Below are positions 29,608 to 40,370 of a stretch of DNA of 64,000 nt, piece by piece. How positions within the stretch are numbered: position 1 is the stretch's first letter; each line of letters starts with the position of its first letter. Source of the DNA: Ostreococcus lucimarinus (Eukaryota); assembly GCA_000092065.1 (NCBI GenBank), contig CP000593.1; one strand, given 5' to 3'. Made by a program: the position numbers and the translations under genes. The notes below the pieces were generated by a model. It was not told where the DNA came from. It worked only from the letters and a program-made list of their open reading frames with translations, and made no database searches.

Positions 29608-31938
29608 ATGGCGCACGCCGAGCGCGCACCCCTGCTCGGCGTGCGCGCTCGACGCGCGCGCGATGACGACGACGATCGTCCGAGCGCGTCGCATCGCGCT
29701 GAGTCGCCCGAGCGCGGCGACAGCGGCGCGATCGGCGTCGACGACGACCGCCGTCGGTCGAGGCGCGGGACGAAAACTCGAAAGTACAGGCTCGCGCTGA
29801 CGCTGATCGCGATGAGCGTCATGCTGAGCGCGATGATGATGTCCGCGGCGGTGACGTTCGTGCGCAAGGCGGCGTCGATGGCGACGACGACGGTGCGGAC
29901 GCGACGCGTGGGCGTGGCGCCGCGCGCGAGAGAGGTGTTGAGCGACGAAGCGCTGCGCGCGTTTCCGTGGCTCGTCGAAGAGACGACGGCGACGATTTGG
30001 GGGGGTGGAGTAGATGTAGATGACGTCGGTGCGCTCGGGAGACGGGCGCACGCGAGGGCGCGGGTGGAGTTGGAGGACCCGCTGGAGGCGGAGTTGGAGC
30101 GAAACGCGCACGCGTTGGATCGAGCGCGCACGGTGGAGGATTTCGTGGCGATGAGCGTGCAAGTGGACGACGCGCACGCGGTAGGGAGAAAGCCGTTGCG
30201 CGAGTGGGCGCATAGGCCGGGATGGTACGAGGATTTACAGGCAAGAGGGAGCGCGATGGGTACGAATTTGGAATTCGGTGACGAGGCGTTTACGGTTTGC
30301 CTGTACAACTTACATAGATGGTCGCGACCGATCGGGACGTCGACTTGGGCGGAAGATTTGAGCGCGGTGTTGGATGCCAAGCGAGGCGTGCGCGCGGCGG
30401 CGAGAGAAAACTTGAAGGGACGTTGCGTGAAGGAGGTGTTGCACACCAATAGTCGGAGCGAGGAGCGGTGCATGGAAGCCGACGTCGTCATCTTTCGCGG
30501 GGACACGATGTTGAAACCATCGAGCTCGTTAGGAGTGAAAAGACGACTGGCGAAGAGCAGCGCGAGGTCTGCCGGTAGTAGCGACAAAGCCGACGGCAAC
30601 GCGACGGCGAGCGCGAGGAGCCTTCTTCGCGAAAGGTTGCGCAAGGCGCCCGAGGCGGCCAGGCGCGCGTCAAACGGTGCGGTCGCGTCGACGCACGCGC
30701 ATGCTAAATTAGGAGACCCCGGTGAAGACATTTTCGTCACGCATCTGCCGCAAAAGTCTCGACGAGATCAGGTGTACATGTACGTATCCACCGCCGCTCC
30801 CGCGGCGGAACAAACCGGACAAGATTTGAGAGATCAAATGTTACTTTCGCAAGTAGACTACTTGGCGACGTCGAATTCTGCACTCGAAAGCGTGTGGCGC
30901 TCGCCGCTGCCGACTGCAAAGTTCATGATTTCGTCCTTTGACGCGTTTCTGCGTCCGTTCCGCATGCGCGTACCTTTGATTGGATTCGGCGACAGCGCCG
31001 CGGCGTGCAAGCACGGTCGCTCGGTCGGGGCGCACATATTGAGACGAATTTCGCAAAAGTACCCGGTAGAATCGTTCGGAACGTGCATGAAGAACTACGA
31101 CGCCTCGTGGTTTGTGCCGAATCTCGGCGTATCGGCGTCTTCGGCGGAGACCATTCGAACGCAGCTCCAGCTGAGCAAATACTTGTTCTATTACGTCGCC
31201 GAAGAAGTGGATTGCCCCGGTCACGTCACCGAAAAGCTTTGGCTCCCACTGCTTCGCGGATCCATCCCAGTGTACTTTGGTACGAAAACCGTGGACGATT
31301 ACTTGCCCTGTCCGAAGAAAGACTGCGTGTTGCGCGTCAAAGATTTCGACAGCGTCGACGCTTTGGTGCGGCGCATGCGAGAAATCGCCGACGATCAAAA
31401 ACTATACGAGTCGCTCACCGCGTGGCGACACGAGGTGCCTTCAAACTGGCCGGAACGTTTCCGCACGGGCGTTGCGCGGGCGTCGCTTGATATTCAAGCC
31501 GTCGTGTGCGACGTCATGCGCGACGGCGACGACGCGCGACGACGCGGCTCGCAGTCCAATTTCGCCGCCGCCGCGCCGCAGAGCGCGCCTTGGTTGATCC
31601 AATCATACCCGAACAAACACATGGACATGGACGCCGTCATCGAGCTTGAAAAGTCTGGCGCGCGCGACGATTCGTACTGCGTGCGTCAAGAGCGCGTCTC
31701 CGCCTTGGGCGAAGTCTTCGCCGACCGCGTCGTCGTCGAGCGCCCCGTCTCGAACGTCGCCGTCGACGCTCTCGTCGCGGCGAACGCCTCGACGAACGCC
31801 TCGACGAACGCCGCCGAAGTCGAAGACGAAGACGAAGACGAGCTCCGTCTCGCCGACCCGAGTCGCCTGTACACCAAAGTGTGCGATTACGAAGCCGCCG
31901 CGTGCGGTCGACTCCTCCCCGATCCCACGATTAGCTAG
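29608..31938 (+). CDS. GT10-family alpha-1,3/4-fucosyltransferase (type II Golgi membrane protein)
   Basis: Signal-anchor LALTLIAMSVMLSAMMMSAAVTFV. GT10 motifs SKYLFYYVAEEVDCPGHVTEKLWLPLLRGSIPVYFG (compare SKYKFYLAFENS...DYVTEKFW..L.AG.VPVV.G). The listed ORF starts at GTG 29587. The first ATG is 29608. Confidence 0.7.
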   Translation: MAHAERAPLLGVRARRARDDDDDRPSASHRAESPERGDSGAIGVDDDRRRSRRGTKTRKYRLALTLIAMSVMLSAMMMSAAVTFVRKAASMATTTVRTRRVGVAPRAREVLSDEALRAFPWLVEETTATIWGGGVDVDDVGALGRRAHARARVELEDPLEAELERNAHALDRARTVEDFVAMSVQVDDAHAVGRKPLREWAHRPGWYEDLQARGSAMGTNLEFGDEAFTVCLYNLHRWSRPIGTSTWAEDLSAVLDAKRGVRAAARENLKGRCVKEVLHTNSRSEERCMEADVVIFRGDTMLKPSSSLGVKRRLAKSSARSAGSSDKADGNATASARSLLRERLRKAPEAARRASNGAVASTHAHAKLGDPGEDIFVTHLPQKSRRDQVYMYVSTAAPAAEQTGQDLRDQMLLSQVDYLATSNSALESVWRSPLPTAKFMISSFDAFLRPFRMRVPLIGFGDSAAACKHGRSVGAHILRRISQKYPVESFGTCMKNYDASWFVPNLGVSASSAETIRTQLQLSKYLFYYVAEEVDCPGHVTEKLWLPLLRGSIPVYFGTKTVDDYLPCPKKDCVLRVKDFDSVDALVRRMREIADDQKLYESLTAWRHEVPSNWPERFRTGVARASLDIQAVVCDVMRDGDDARRRGSQSNFAAAAPQSAPWLIQSYPNKHMDMDAVIELEKSGARDDSYCVRQERVSALGEVFADRVVVERPVSNVAVDALVAANASTNASTNAAEVEDEDEDELRLADPSRLYTKVCDYEAAACGRLLPDPTIS

Positions 31939-32201
31939 CTCGACGTATTGATATTCACCGTAGCGCTCGCAGCGACGCCTTCGCGCGCGCGACGCGCGCG
32001 TGGATCTGGTGACGTGCCGGGGGGGTAAAACGACCAATCATGACTCAATGATCGTTTGTGATTCAAACGCGACCCCCCCCTATCCACGCGCGCGCCGACG
32101 TCACGCCGCGCGACGACGGCGCGCGCGTCACACGCCCGCCCGCGCGCCGCACGCCGCGAGACACGCGCACGGAGACGACCGTCGCGCGCGCACACCGCCC
32201 C

Positions 32202-32546
32202 ATGTCGCACCACGCCCTGTCGTTCACCGCGAACGTCGCGCACGCGTCGCCGATCGCGCGATCGGCGGCGCGCGCGCGGACGCCCCGCGCGACGCGCGCG
32301 CACAAGCGCGCGCACGTCACGCGCGCCGGGAACGAGTACGAAAACGGATTGTTCGCGCCGATCGTGCGCGTCGCGCGCGATGTGATCGGGGTGAAGCGGT
32401 TCAACCAGATTCGCGGCAAGGCGATCGCGCTGCACTCGCAAGTCATCGGCGACTTTTGCGAAGAGTTTGGATGCGACACCAAGGTGAAACAAAACTTGAT
32501 TCGCACGGCAAAGAAGAATGGTGGGAAGCTTGGGTTCTTGGCGTAG
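32202..32546 (+). CDS. PGR5: PGR5 (proton gradient regulation 5), chloroplast
   Basis: C-terminal GLFAPIVRVARDVIGVKRFNQIRGKAIALHSQVIGDFCEEFGCDTKVKQNLIRTAKKNGGKLGFLA is near-identical in pattern to plant PGR5 (GLFAPLVVVARNIVGRKRFNQLRGKAIALHSQVI...LIRLAKKNGEKLGFLA). The N-terminus is transit-peptide-like. The listed ORF begins at GTG 32058. The first ATG is 32202. Confidence 0.85.
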   Translation: MSHHALSFTANVAHASPIARSAARARTPRATRAHKRAHVTRAGNEYENGLFAPIVRVARDVIGVKRFNQIRGKAIALHSQVIGDFCEEFGCDTKVKQNLIRTAKKNGGKLGFLA

Positions 32547-32777
32547 GCGCGAGACGAAGCGAGCGAGATTCTTTAGGAGCGCGACGGAAGACCGACGAGG
32601 GAGGGGGCGCGCGAGCATAGCCAACTTAAACACGTAGCGCGGCGCGAAGCAGAAGCAGAGCCATCGGAGATGGGCGTTGTGATGCAAAAAATGCGACATT
32701 CTTTAATATTCGCCAAAACGACGAACGAACGATTGAGGCGCGCGCACGGCCGCTCGCGGGTCTAAGTATTAAAAATT

Positions 32778-33869
32778 TTAAACGCCGAGGAGCGCGGAAT
32801 CGAGCGGGGAGTACATCTCTGACAGTAAGACGTTGATGAATCCCGGGCAATGCGCGCCGTGATCGGTGACGAACACCGAGATCAGTTCCGCGGGTACGAA
32901 TTCGAACGACGGGTTTATGACGACGGCGTCCGGATCGGCACCGCGCTCGCCGTAACCCAGTGCCGTCGACGGCGACCCGAAGCCGTAGACGCGGTCGAAC
33001 CCGGCTTCTTTTTGCGTCTTCGGTGAGATTGCGTACGAACCGGCGAGCATAAGCACGGGTACGGAGTGCGCTTTCGCGGCAAGAGCTATGTTATACGCCC
33101 CGCTATCGACGAGCGCGCTGCCATCGGCGAGCACGCCCCGCGCGCTCAACACGCACAGCTTGACGCTCGGCATCGTCGCGTACACCGCGCTATCGCAAAT
33201 CAAGCTCACGTCCCGCACCCCACGCTCGGCTAAACTCTTCGCCATCGCGTGTCCGTCGTATCTCGGCGCGCTCTCCGCGACGACGACGCTAAATCCACCC
33301 CCTCCCTCGCTCGCGGACCGTTTCTTATTCGCGTCTCTCAAAAACGCCTCCGCCAACCCGGTCCCCGCGCTCGCGTTCGACCCCATCGTCATCACCACGC
33401 ATCCATTCGTCACAAAATCCGAGCTTTGGCTCGCAATATTCGTCGACACCGTCTCCATTTCCTCGATCACCTCGTGTGCGGTATCGATGACATCCTTTTT
33501 CAATTTCTTCGTCGCCGCGCCGCCGCCGCCGCCGCCGCTCTCGCCGCCGCCGCCGCCGTCGCCCCTCTCGCTCGTCGCCCCCTCGTCCCGTATCACTCGC
33601 AGCACGCGCCGCGCCACGTTCCCGACCAGCAAGTGTTCCCGCTTCAGCACCGCCAGCGATCCACCGATCGCGCGCACGCTCGCGATGATTTCCTCGAGCG
33701 TCGCGCGACCGTCCGCCGTCGCCACGACCTGAATGAGCGTCTCCGCGACGCGTTTCGCGAGCACCGCCGGCGGTTTCGCGTCGTACGTCCCTCGCCGAAC
33801 GTCGTGCGACAAGTCCTCCACCGATCGCTGCGTCGCCGGCGTGAGCGCGGCGTCGCGCGCGGGCGGCAT
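32778..33869 (-). CDS. Translation initiation factor eIF-2B subunit (alpha/beta/delta family; IF-2B fold)
   Basis: Helical N-domain, Rossmann-like C-domain (VVMTMGSNASAGTGL...VPVLMLAGSYAISPK...PAELISVFVTDHG). A Gly-rich insertion is present. Which subunit it is was not determined. The start is taken as ATG 33867-33869. Confidence 0.6.
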   Translation of the reverse strand: MPPARDAALTPATQRSVEDLSHDVRRGTYDAKPPAVLAKRVAETLIQVVATADGRATLEEIIASVRAIGGSLAVLKREHLLVGNVARRVLRVIRDEGATSERGDGGGGGESGGGGGGAATKKLKKDVIDTAHEVIEEMETVSTNIASQSSDFVTNGCVVMTMGSNASAGTGLAEAFLRDANKKRSASEGGGGFSVVVAESAPRYDGHAMAKSLAERGVRDVSLICDSAVYATMPSVKLCVLSARGVLADGSALVDSGAYNIALAAKAHSVPVLMLAGSYAISPKTQKEAGFDRVYGFGSPSTALGYGERGADPDAVVINPSFEFVPAELISVFVTDHGAHCPGFINVLLSEMYSPLDSALLGV

Positions 33870-34317
33870 CGTCGTCGACGCGTCCTCGAACGGACGAGGC
33901 GACGCGCGACGAGGCGCGCGAACGCGGACGCGCGCGGGGTTCGCGAGACGAAAACGATCGCGAGGGCTTCGATCTCGCGCGCGCGCTCGAGACGTCGCGA
34001 CGACGCGTTGTGACGACGCGCCGGCTCTGCGCGTCATTGCGAGAAGATGGCGTTCGCGCTCGGCGCGAGCGCGGAGGAATGGGCGATCGACGCGTGGATG
34101 CGGTTACCGTTGATCGCCTGGGCGAGTTCGTTCGTCGGGACGGTGCGTCGGGCGGTCGCGCGCGGCGCGCGCGCGGCGCGAACGCGATGGATGGTCGAGC
34201 GGGCGCGCGCGCGCGCGTTGAGAGCGACGCGAGACGCGTTCGGGCGCGCGAGACGGCGACGCGCGAGGCGCGGCGCGGTGACTGACGGGAGTTTCGAACG
34301 CGCGGTGGACGCAGCTC

Positions 34318-35727
34318 ATGAATAAGCACGCGAAGACGCCGAAGATCACGGGATACTTGCTCGCCGGCGTGGCGTTTGGGCGACACGGTTTAGGCGCGTT
34401 GTCGGCGGCGGGATCTCGACGGTTATGGCTCGTCGATAACGGATGCCTGGCGTGCATCGGCGTCGCGGCTGGATCTGAGGTGGTGCTGAGTGAGGTGCGG
34501 AAGACGCTGCGGGTGACGATGGTGACCATCGCGAGCGTGGCGTGCTGCTGCTGGTGCGCGACGTTTGGCGCGTTCGACGCGATTTTCGCGCAGAGGGTGG
34601 AGTTTTTGCAAGGGCTGACGGAGCGACACGTCGCGGCGGTGGGATCTTTATTGGGGACGCTTTCGTTGGCGCGCTCGCCCGCGAGTGCGATGGCGGTGAT
34701 CAACGAGTGCGAGGCGAGCGGGCCGTATTGCGCGCACATTTTGAGCACGACGGTTTTGAAAGACGTTCTCGTCGTCGCGTTGTTCGCTATAAACGTCGAG
34801 CTCGTGGCGCTTTCGGGATTAGACTTCCACAATATCATATCAGATGCGGCGACGATGGCCTTGGGAGGTGAGATCGCGAGCAACACGACGCGCGATGTCG
34901 GCGCGAGCGCGGCGGCGAGAAGACTCTTGGTGAATTTGAAGCCCGCGACGCAATGGGAAACTTCGCATCCCATCACCAAGCTTTTGCAACCTATAGTGCG
35001 GGTGATCGGGGCCGCCATTGCGGGTATCATCGCAGGCGTCCTACTTGGACGCTTGCTCAAACCCACGTCCTTGGCGGCGCGTTGGAAAAACATTCGTGTC
35101 GGCTGCATCGTGTGCGGCGCCGCCGCCATCTTTGTGTCTAGCGAACATCTCGGATTGGAGCCTTTATTGGTGTGCGTCGCCGCCGGTCTCACCGCGGCAA
35201 ATCGCAAGCATACGAACGGCGCGCACGAGCGCGAGGAGTTACACGCCGCGATCGCGATCGTGACGCCAGCGGTAAATTTGCTCTTCTTCACCCTCGCCGG
35301 CGCGAGCCTGCGCCTGGAAAACGTGTACAACTCCATCGTCATCGCGGTCGGTCTCGTCATCGTTCGTCTTTTGGGGCTGTATTGTGCCACGGCAATATCT
35401 GCGCGCATACTCAAAGCACCGGCGGTGAGCGACATCACGGGCGAACGGCGCAAAAACATTGAATGGATGGGGCACGTCACCCAAGCCGGCGTCGCGCTCG
35501 GTTTGTCGCGCACCGTCGCCGCGAGATTTCCATACTGGGGCCCCGCGTTTTCGACGCTGGCCGTGTCCGTGATCGTCATCAACTTATTCATCGGTCCCGT
35601 GTTATTTCGCGCATCCATAGAACTCATGAACGAGTCGCACTCGACGCTCAACGCGGCGTTGGAGCGCATCGTCGCGACGCCCAAGCGCGCGGTCGAGGCG
35701 CCCGCGACCGGCTCTCCTTCCCTTTAG
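34318..35727 (+). CDS. Cation:proton antiporter (CPA/Na_H_Exchanger superfamily, KefB/KEA-like), N-terminus possibly incomplete
   Basis: ITGYLLAGVAFGRHGLG is the conserved GYLLAG..GP.GLG helix. At least ten TM helices follow. Homologs carry about 30 aa and one helix before this motif, so there may be an unrecognised upstream exon. Confidence 0.6.
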   Translation: MNKHAKTPKITGYLLAGVAFGRHGLGALSAAGSRRLWLVDNGCLACIGVAAGSEVVLSEVRKTLRVTMVTIASVACCCWCATFGAFDAIFAQRVEFLQGLTERHVAAVGSLLGTLSLARSPASAMAVINECEASGPYCAHILSTTVLKDVLVVALFAINVELVALSGLDFHNIISDAATMALGGEIASNTTRDVGASAAARRLLVNLKPATQWETSHPITKLLQPIVRVIGAAIAGIIAGVLLGRLLKPTSLAARWKNIRVGCIVCGAAAIFVSSEHLGLEPLLVCVAAGLTAANRKHTNGAHEREELHAAIAIVTPAVNLLFFTLAGASLRLENVYNSIVIAVGLVIVRLLGLYCATAISARILKAPAVSDITGERRKNIEWMGHVTQAGVALGLSRTVAARFPYWGPAFSTLAVSVIVINLFIGPVLFRASIELMNESHSTLNAALERIVATPKRAVEAPATGSPSL

Positions 35728-36353
35728 CACAGCGCGCCGCGCGCCTAGTCCATTTGTATCGAAAGTCTCCTTTCTTAGTGTATTACATTCGCATGATTCA
35801 TTCGCCGCTAAACTAAAATTAAACAGGCTCTCGCGACCCTATTCGAGCTCGAGTCGCTTCTCCACATCCTTCCAGAGTTTACCCTTATTCGAGCTGCGCG
35901 CGAACCGTCGACGAAAACCTCGGTCAATCCCCATTCGCATCATCGCGCGCGCGCGCGCGCGCCTCGCGCGCGTCGCGCGCGTCGCGTCGTTTCGCGTCGC
36001 GTCGTTTCGCGTCGCGTCGCTTCGACCCCTCACCTCTCCCACGCGCGATCGAATCCGTAGTTCAACGCCTTCTCCCCCGCGAGCGCCCCCGCGACGATCA
36101 CCCCGACGTACACCGCCGAATTCTGCGCGCGCGCGTTCGCGCCTCGTCAGTCCCCCCGTCCTCGCGCGCGTCGCGCGCCGCCCTCCCCCCTCGTCGTCGA
36201 GATCGCGCGCTCGATCGTCGCCGCCTCGCGCGCGCCGTCGCCCGCGCGCCGCCCGCGCGCCGTCGCCCGCGCGCGCCGTCGCGCCCGCGCGCGCTCGCGC
36301 GCACGCACCGACATGAACGTCTTGTAAAACGCGCCGAACATCGTCGCGCGTCC

Positions 36354-36592
36354 GTCCGTCGATCGCGTCGCGATCTGCGCGCGCGCGCGTCGTCGCCGCC
36401 GATCGCTCGAACCTCGAGCCATCGATCGTTCGCGCAGATTTAACCGCATCGCGAGGTTCGATCGACGACGCCGTCCGTCGATCGCGCGTCGCGATCCGCG
36501 CGCGCGCGCGATCGTCGCCGCCGATCGCTCGAACCTCGAGCCATCGATCGACTCCACCGATTTCACCGCATCGCGAGGTTCGATCGACGACG
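36354..36592. repeat. Tandem repeat, 119-bp unit x2, CGATCG-rich, upstream of the ANTH gene
   Basis: The unit gtccgtcgatcgcgtcgcgatc...ccgcatcgcgaggttcgatcgacgacg recurs at 36354 and 36473 with about 90% identity. Confidence 0.8.
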
Positions 36593-36662
36593 CGCGCGCG
36601 GGTTCGCCGGCGCGCGGGCGCGCCCGCGCCGGCACAGACGCGCGCGGTCGCGTCGGCGCGCG

Positions 36663-38813
36663 ATGCCGCTCCGGTTGCAGAAAAAGGCGTCGCGCGTCGT
36701 GCGCGCGGTGGCGGAGGAGGTCCAGGTCGCGCGCGGCGTCGGCACGCGCACCGATAAGCGCGGGAACGCGAAGACGGCGCTGTGGGAGCGCGGCAAGGTG
36801 CGATCGAGCGGCGGATTGGCGCGTGTCTCGATCGGCGCGACGAGGATCGCGCGCGAACGCGCGACGCGAGGCGACGCGCGACGCGCGCGCGCGGAGACGC
36901 GAAGGGAAACCCGCGCGGGAGATTCGGGGAGACGCGCGAGAGACTGACGGGACGCGGACGCGACGCAGGCGAAACTCGCGGCGACGGCGGTGGAGAAGGA
37001 GTTCGCCGAGACGCAGTTGGCGTTTAGCAAGGCGACGAATTTCGATGACGTGCCGCCGAAGGAGAAGCACGTGCTGGCGCTGGTGCGCACGTGCGGAGGC
37101 GCGGGCGGAGGGAGCTCGAGGGATCGGGCGTTCGTGTTGGAGACGTTGGCGAGACAGGTGCGGAAGTGCGCGCCGTGGAGGACGATGCTGAAGACGCACG
37201 TGTTGCTGCACAGGTTGATGCGGGAGTGCGAGGGAGGGGGGTTTAAGGATGACTTCTTCAGGTTTTTGGAATTTTTATCTCGGAAAACGTACGGGCCGAA
37301 AGAACAGACGCTGTTTAACATTCGCTACTGGAAGGACGAGACCAACAAGGACGCGTACGAGTTGTCGGGGTGGACGCGCGCGTACGCGGCGTACCTCGAA
37401 GAGCTGTGCGCTTTGAATGAGTTCATCCCGAGCCTCGTAGGAAACGTGAGTGGCGCGGTGACGACGACGACAAACGGCGAGGCGCGAGCGGTGGTGGCGA
37501 ATCCGTTGAAAGATTGTGATTTCGCGACGTTGATCAAGGTTTTGCCCTTGGTGCAGACGCTCGTGCGACGCATCACGGATTGCGCGCCAACATCTACGAC
37601 GCTGCAGAAAAATGCCGTCTCGCGATACGCCGTCGGACTCGTCGCAAAGGATAGTTTCTTGGTGTATCGCGTCATGAACGAGGGCATCATAAACCTGGTG
37701 GACAAGTACTTTGAAACGAGCAAAGTCGAGGCGGAGAAAGGGTTGGTGATTTTCAAAAAGTACTTGACGCAAATCGAAGACTTGCAACGATTTTACGACA
37801 CGTGCGAAGCGTGCGCGGCGGTGGAAAACGCAGTCGTCAAGCTTGAAGCACCCCCTGCGACGTTTTTGAAGAGCATGGAAGAGTACTTCGAATCGGCGCC
37901 TCGCGAAGGCTTGCCTCTTCGCGAGCGGCGGTTGGGCGCGACATCTTCGACGACGGCGAACAATGCACGAGCGAATGCGGTGGGGTCGACAATGTTGGCG
38001 ATCGACGTCCCCGCCAACAACGCGGACTTTATCAGTACCACTGCTGCGCTACCGCCGGTGGAGCCGTTGAATGCGCTCGATGCGCTCAGTCAGCTTGATT
38101 TAGGTACGCCGAGCCCAACGAGCAAAGACGATGTTTTTAGCTCAAACGCGCTGCCCGCGCCGACGCAACCGCCGGCGTTAGCGCCGGTCGCGCCCGCAGC
38201 TTCGAGCAGTACAAGCGCACTTGATTCTTTCTCCGAGTCAATCGCTCCGGCGGTGCCGACGGAACCCTCTGCGGTGGCGTACAACCCATTCGGAGCGAAC
38301 CCATACGGCGGCGCCCCGCAAATGGTGCCGGCGGCTCCGCAAACGGCGCCGGCGCCCCAAGCAAAATCGCCGAGAAGCACGAACCCATTCGGAAATAACC
38401 CGTTCGGTACACCACAGCCTCAAAGTTTGGACAAGAGCGCACTCAATGACTTATACGCGCAAGCTCCAGCGTCACCCAGGAGTGGCCATGGCATGAGTTC
38501 CATGGCACCGCCGCAACACATCAATCCGAGCTTTATGCAAGCGCCGCCCAACAGCGCCTTGCAGCGGCAGCAAGTTGGCGCACCTCAGCTAGCGCTACCG
38601 ATGGCTGGTGTGCAGTATCCACAACAATATCCGCAGATGGCGTTCCCCCAGCACCATCAGCAGATGGGATACCCGCAGCAGCATCCGCAGATGGGATATC
38701 CCCAGCGCCCGGCGGCTGAACCACCGTTGCACCCGGCGTTCGCCAACCCTCACCAAGGCGGCAGTCCAAGTTCTAGCGCTCCATCACCGCAGAACTCCGG
38801 CAGTTTGATTTGA
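36663..38813 (+). CDS. ANTH/ENTH-domain clathrin assembly protein (AP180/PICALM-like); probable two exons join(36663..36797, 36969..38813)
   Basis: The ANTH core is ...AFSKATNFDDVPPKEKHV...NEGIINLVDKYFETSKVEAEKGLVIFKKYLTQIEDLQRF (compare [39 protein letters not shown]). The C-terminal half is Pro/Gln/Ala-rich with NPF motifs (NPFGANPYG, TNPFGNNPFG). The listed ORF starts at GTG 36990. The frame stays open back to an acceptor gacgcag|GCG at 36969. A candidate exon 1 (ATG 36663, donor AAG|GTGCGA at 36798) joins in phase. The exon 1 assignment is tentative. Confidence 0.6.
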
Positions 38814-38898
38814 TCTAGAGCGACACGACGAGAATAAGCACGCAAATGAACAACCAAACGCGCGCGCTTCCCTTTGTCGCCACAGCGCGCCTCGCGCC

Positions 38899-40368
38899 AT
38901 GTCGCTCGCCGTCCATCTCTCATCCACCCGCACGCGCGGCGCGACGCCGTTCGCGCGCGTCAATCGCGCAAAACAGTCGCGCGTCGCATACCAGCGCGTC
39001 TCCACGCGCGCATCGCGACGCGTCGCGACGCTAGTTCGCGTTGTCCCGCTCAAAAAGTGCTGCGCTTTTTCGCAGTCATCCTCGCGCCGTTCCGCTACGC
39101 GCGCGCGCGCGACGGCCGCCGCGCCGCGCGACGCCGACGATGCGAATAAAATCATCCTCGCCCTCGGCGTGGCCATGCTGCTCGCGAGCGCGGACCGAAC
39201 GATTTTCGCCGCCGCGGCGCTGAGCCTGAAGGCGGAGCTGGGCATGTCCATGAAGGATTTGGCGCTCGCGCAGAGCGCGTTTCTGTGGGGATACGGCGTC
39301 ACGCAGCTCGCGGCGGGCGCGTCGAGCGATCGATTCGGTGGCGCGAAGGTGTTGCTCGGTGGGCTGTGCGTGTGGTCGATCGCGGTGGCGGTGACGCCGC
39401 TGAGCTCGATGACGACGGCGCCGGTGCTCGCAGTCGTGGCGGCGCGATTTTTGTTCGGCGCGGCGAGCGGATGCGCGCTACCGGCGTCCGCAGCGGCGGT
39501 TGCGGCGCACGTGCCGGCGGAGCGACGGTCGGGCGCGTTGTCAACGATATTTGCGCTGTTTAACATTGGTTCGGCGTTCGGGCTCGCGGCGGCTGGAAGT
39601 TTGATCACGCAGTTTGGGTGGCGAGCGATTTTCTACGGCTTCGGCGCGTTTGGCGCGGCGTGGGCCGTCGCCGCCTACGCCGCAATGCCGCAGAGCGTGA
39701 AAACTTTCGTCCCTAGGGTACCGAAGGTGAGCGAGTTGAAGGATGAAAACGGCGAGCAAATGACCGAGTTGTCGTCCGAAGTTGCGACGCAGCTCGTTGC
39801 GCTGTTGTGGTGTCACGTCGTCGTGAACTGGGGGTTCATGATTTTACAGTCATGGCTGCCGGTGTATCTCGCGAACGACTTGGGAATGTCCATCGCGAGC
39901 TCTGGGATCCTCGGCGCTTTACCGTGGGTATTCACCGCGTTCATGTCATTTAGCTCGGGACAGGTGGCGGATAAGTTGATTAGTCGAGGGATGGAGCGAT
40001 GGAAAGTGCGTCGATTGGCGATGAACGTCGCCACCATCGGTCCCGCCCTGGGATTATTCGCGTTGAAGTACACCACCACCGCGAGCGTCGCGTTGGCGTG
40101 CATCGTCGCCACGCTCGGTCTTCAAGCCGTCGCGGTTGCGGGGTATCACAGTTACCTTCAGGACGTCGCTCCGTCTCGCGCGGGCGCTATTCTCGGTTTC
40201 ACAAACACGGTCGGCGTCGTCGGTTCAATCGTCGCCAACATGGTGACTGGCGCGAGCGTCGAGGCGACGGGGTCGTTTCAAGCGACATTTTTGTACACCG
40301 CGGCGATGTACGCGAGCTCTTGCTTTGTTTGGAATGCATTCTTGAAGGGTGAGCAGTTGTTTCCGTAA
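38899..40368 (+). CDS. MFS transporter, SLC17/PHT4-like anion transporter, probably plastid-targeted
   Basis: Twelve-TM MFS layout. SLC17-like TM1-2 region DRTIFAAAALSLKAELGMSMKDLALAQSAFLWGYGVTQLAAGASSDRFGGAKVL. The N-terminus is S/R/T-rich and transit-like. Real ATG. Confidence 0.7.
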   Translation: MSLAVHLSSTRTRGATPFARVNRAKQSRVAYQRVSTRASRRVATLVRVVPLKKCCAFSQSSSRRSATRARATAAAPRDADDANKIILALGVAMLLASADRTIFAAAALSLKAELGMSMKDLALAQSAFLWGYGVTQLAAGASSDRFGGAKVLLGGLCVWSIAVAVTPLSSMTTAPVLAVVAARFLFGAASGCALPASAAAVAAHVPAERRSGALSTIFALFNIGSAFGLAAAGSLITQFGWRAIFYGFGAFGAAWAVAAYAAMPQSVKTFVPRVPKVSELKDENGEQMTELSSEVATQLVALLWCHVVVNWGFMILQSWLPVYLANDLGMSIASSGILGALPWVFTAFMSFSSGQVADKLISRGMERWKVRRLAMNVATIGPALGLFALKYTTTASVALACIVATLGLQAVAVAGYHSYLQDVAPSRAGAILGFTNTVGVVGSIVANMVTGASVEATGSFQATFLYTAAMYASSCFVWNAFLKGEQLFP

Positions 40369-40370
40369 AA

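Noticed and set aside
29577-30740. 387-aa ORF antisense to the fucosyltransferase. Similar antisense ORFs lie at 33325..34386 (353 aa), 34104..35684 (526 aa), 41460..42551 (363 aa), 42766..44397 (543 aa), 45098..46636 (512 aa), 52792..54222 (476 aa), 54425..56158 (577 aa) and 58653..59576 (307 aa)
   Set aside because: Each lies opposite a sense-strand gene with clear family motifs. The translations are S/A/R/L low-complexity, typical of antisense frames in 65% GC DNA, not separate genes.
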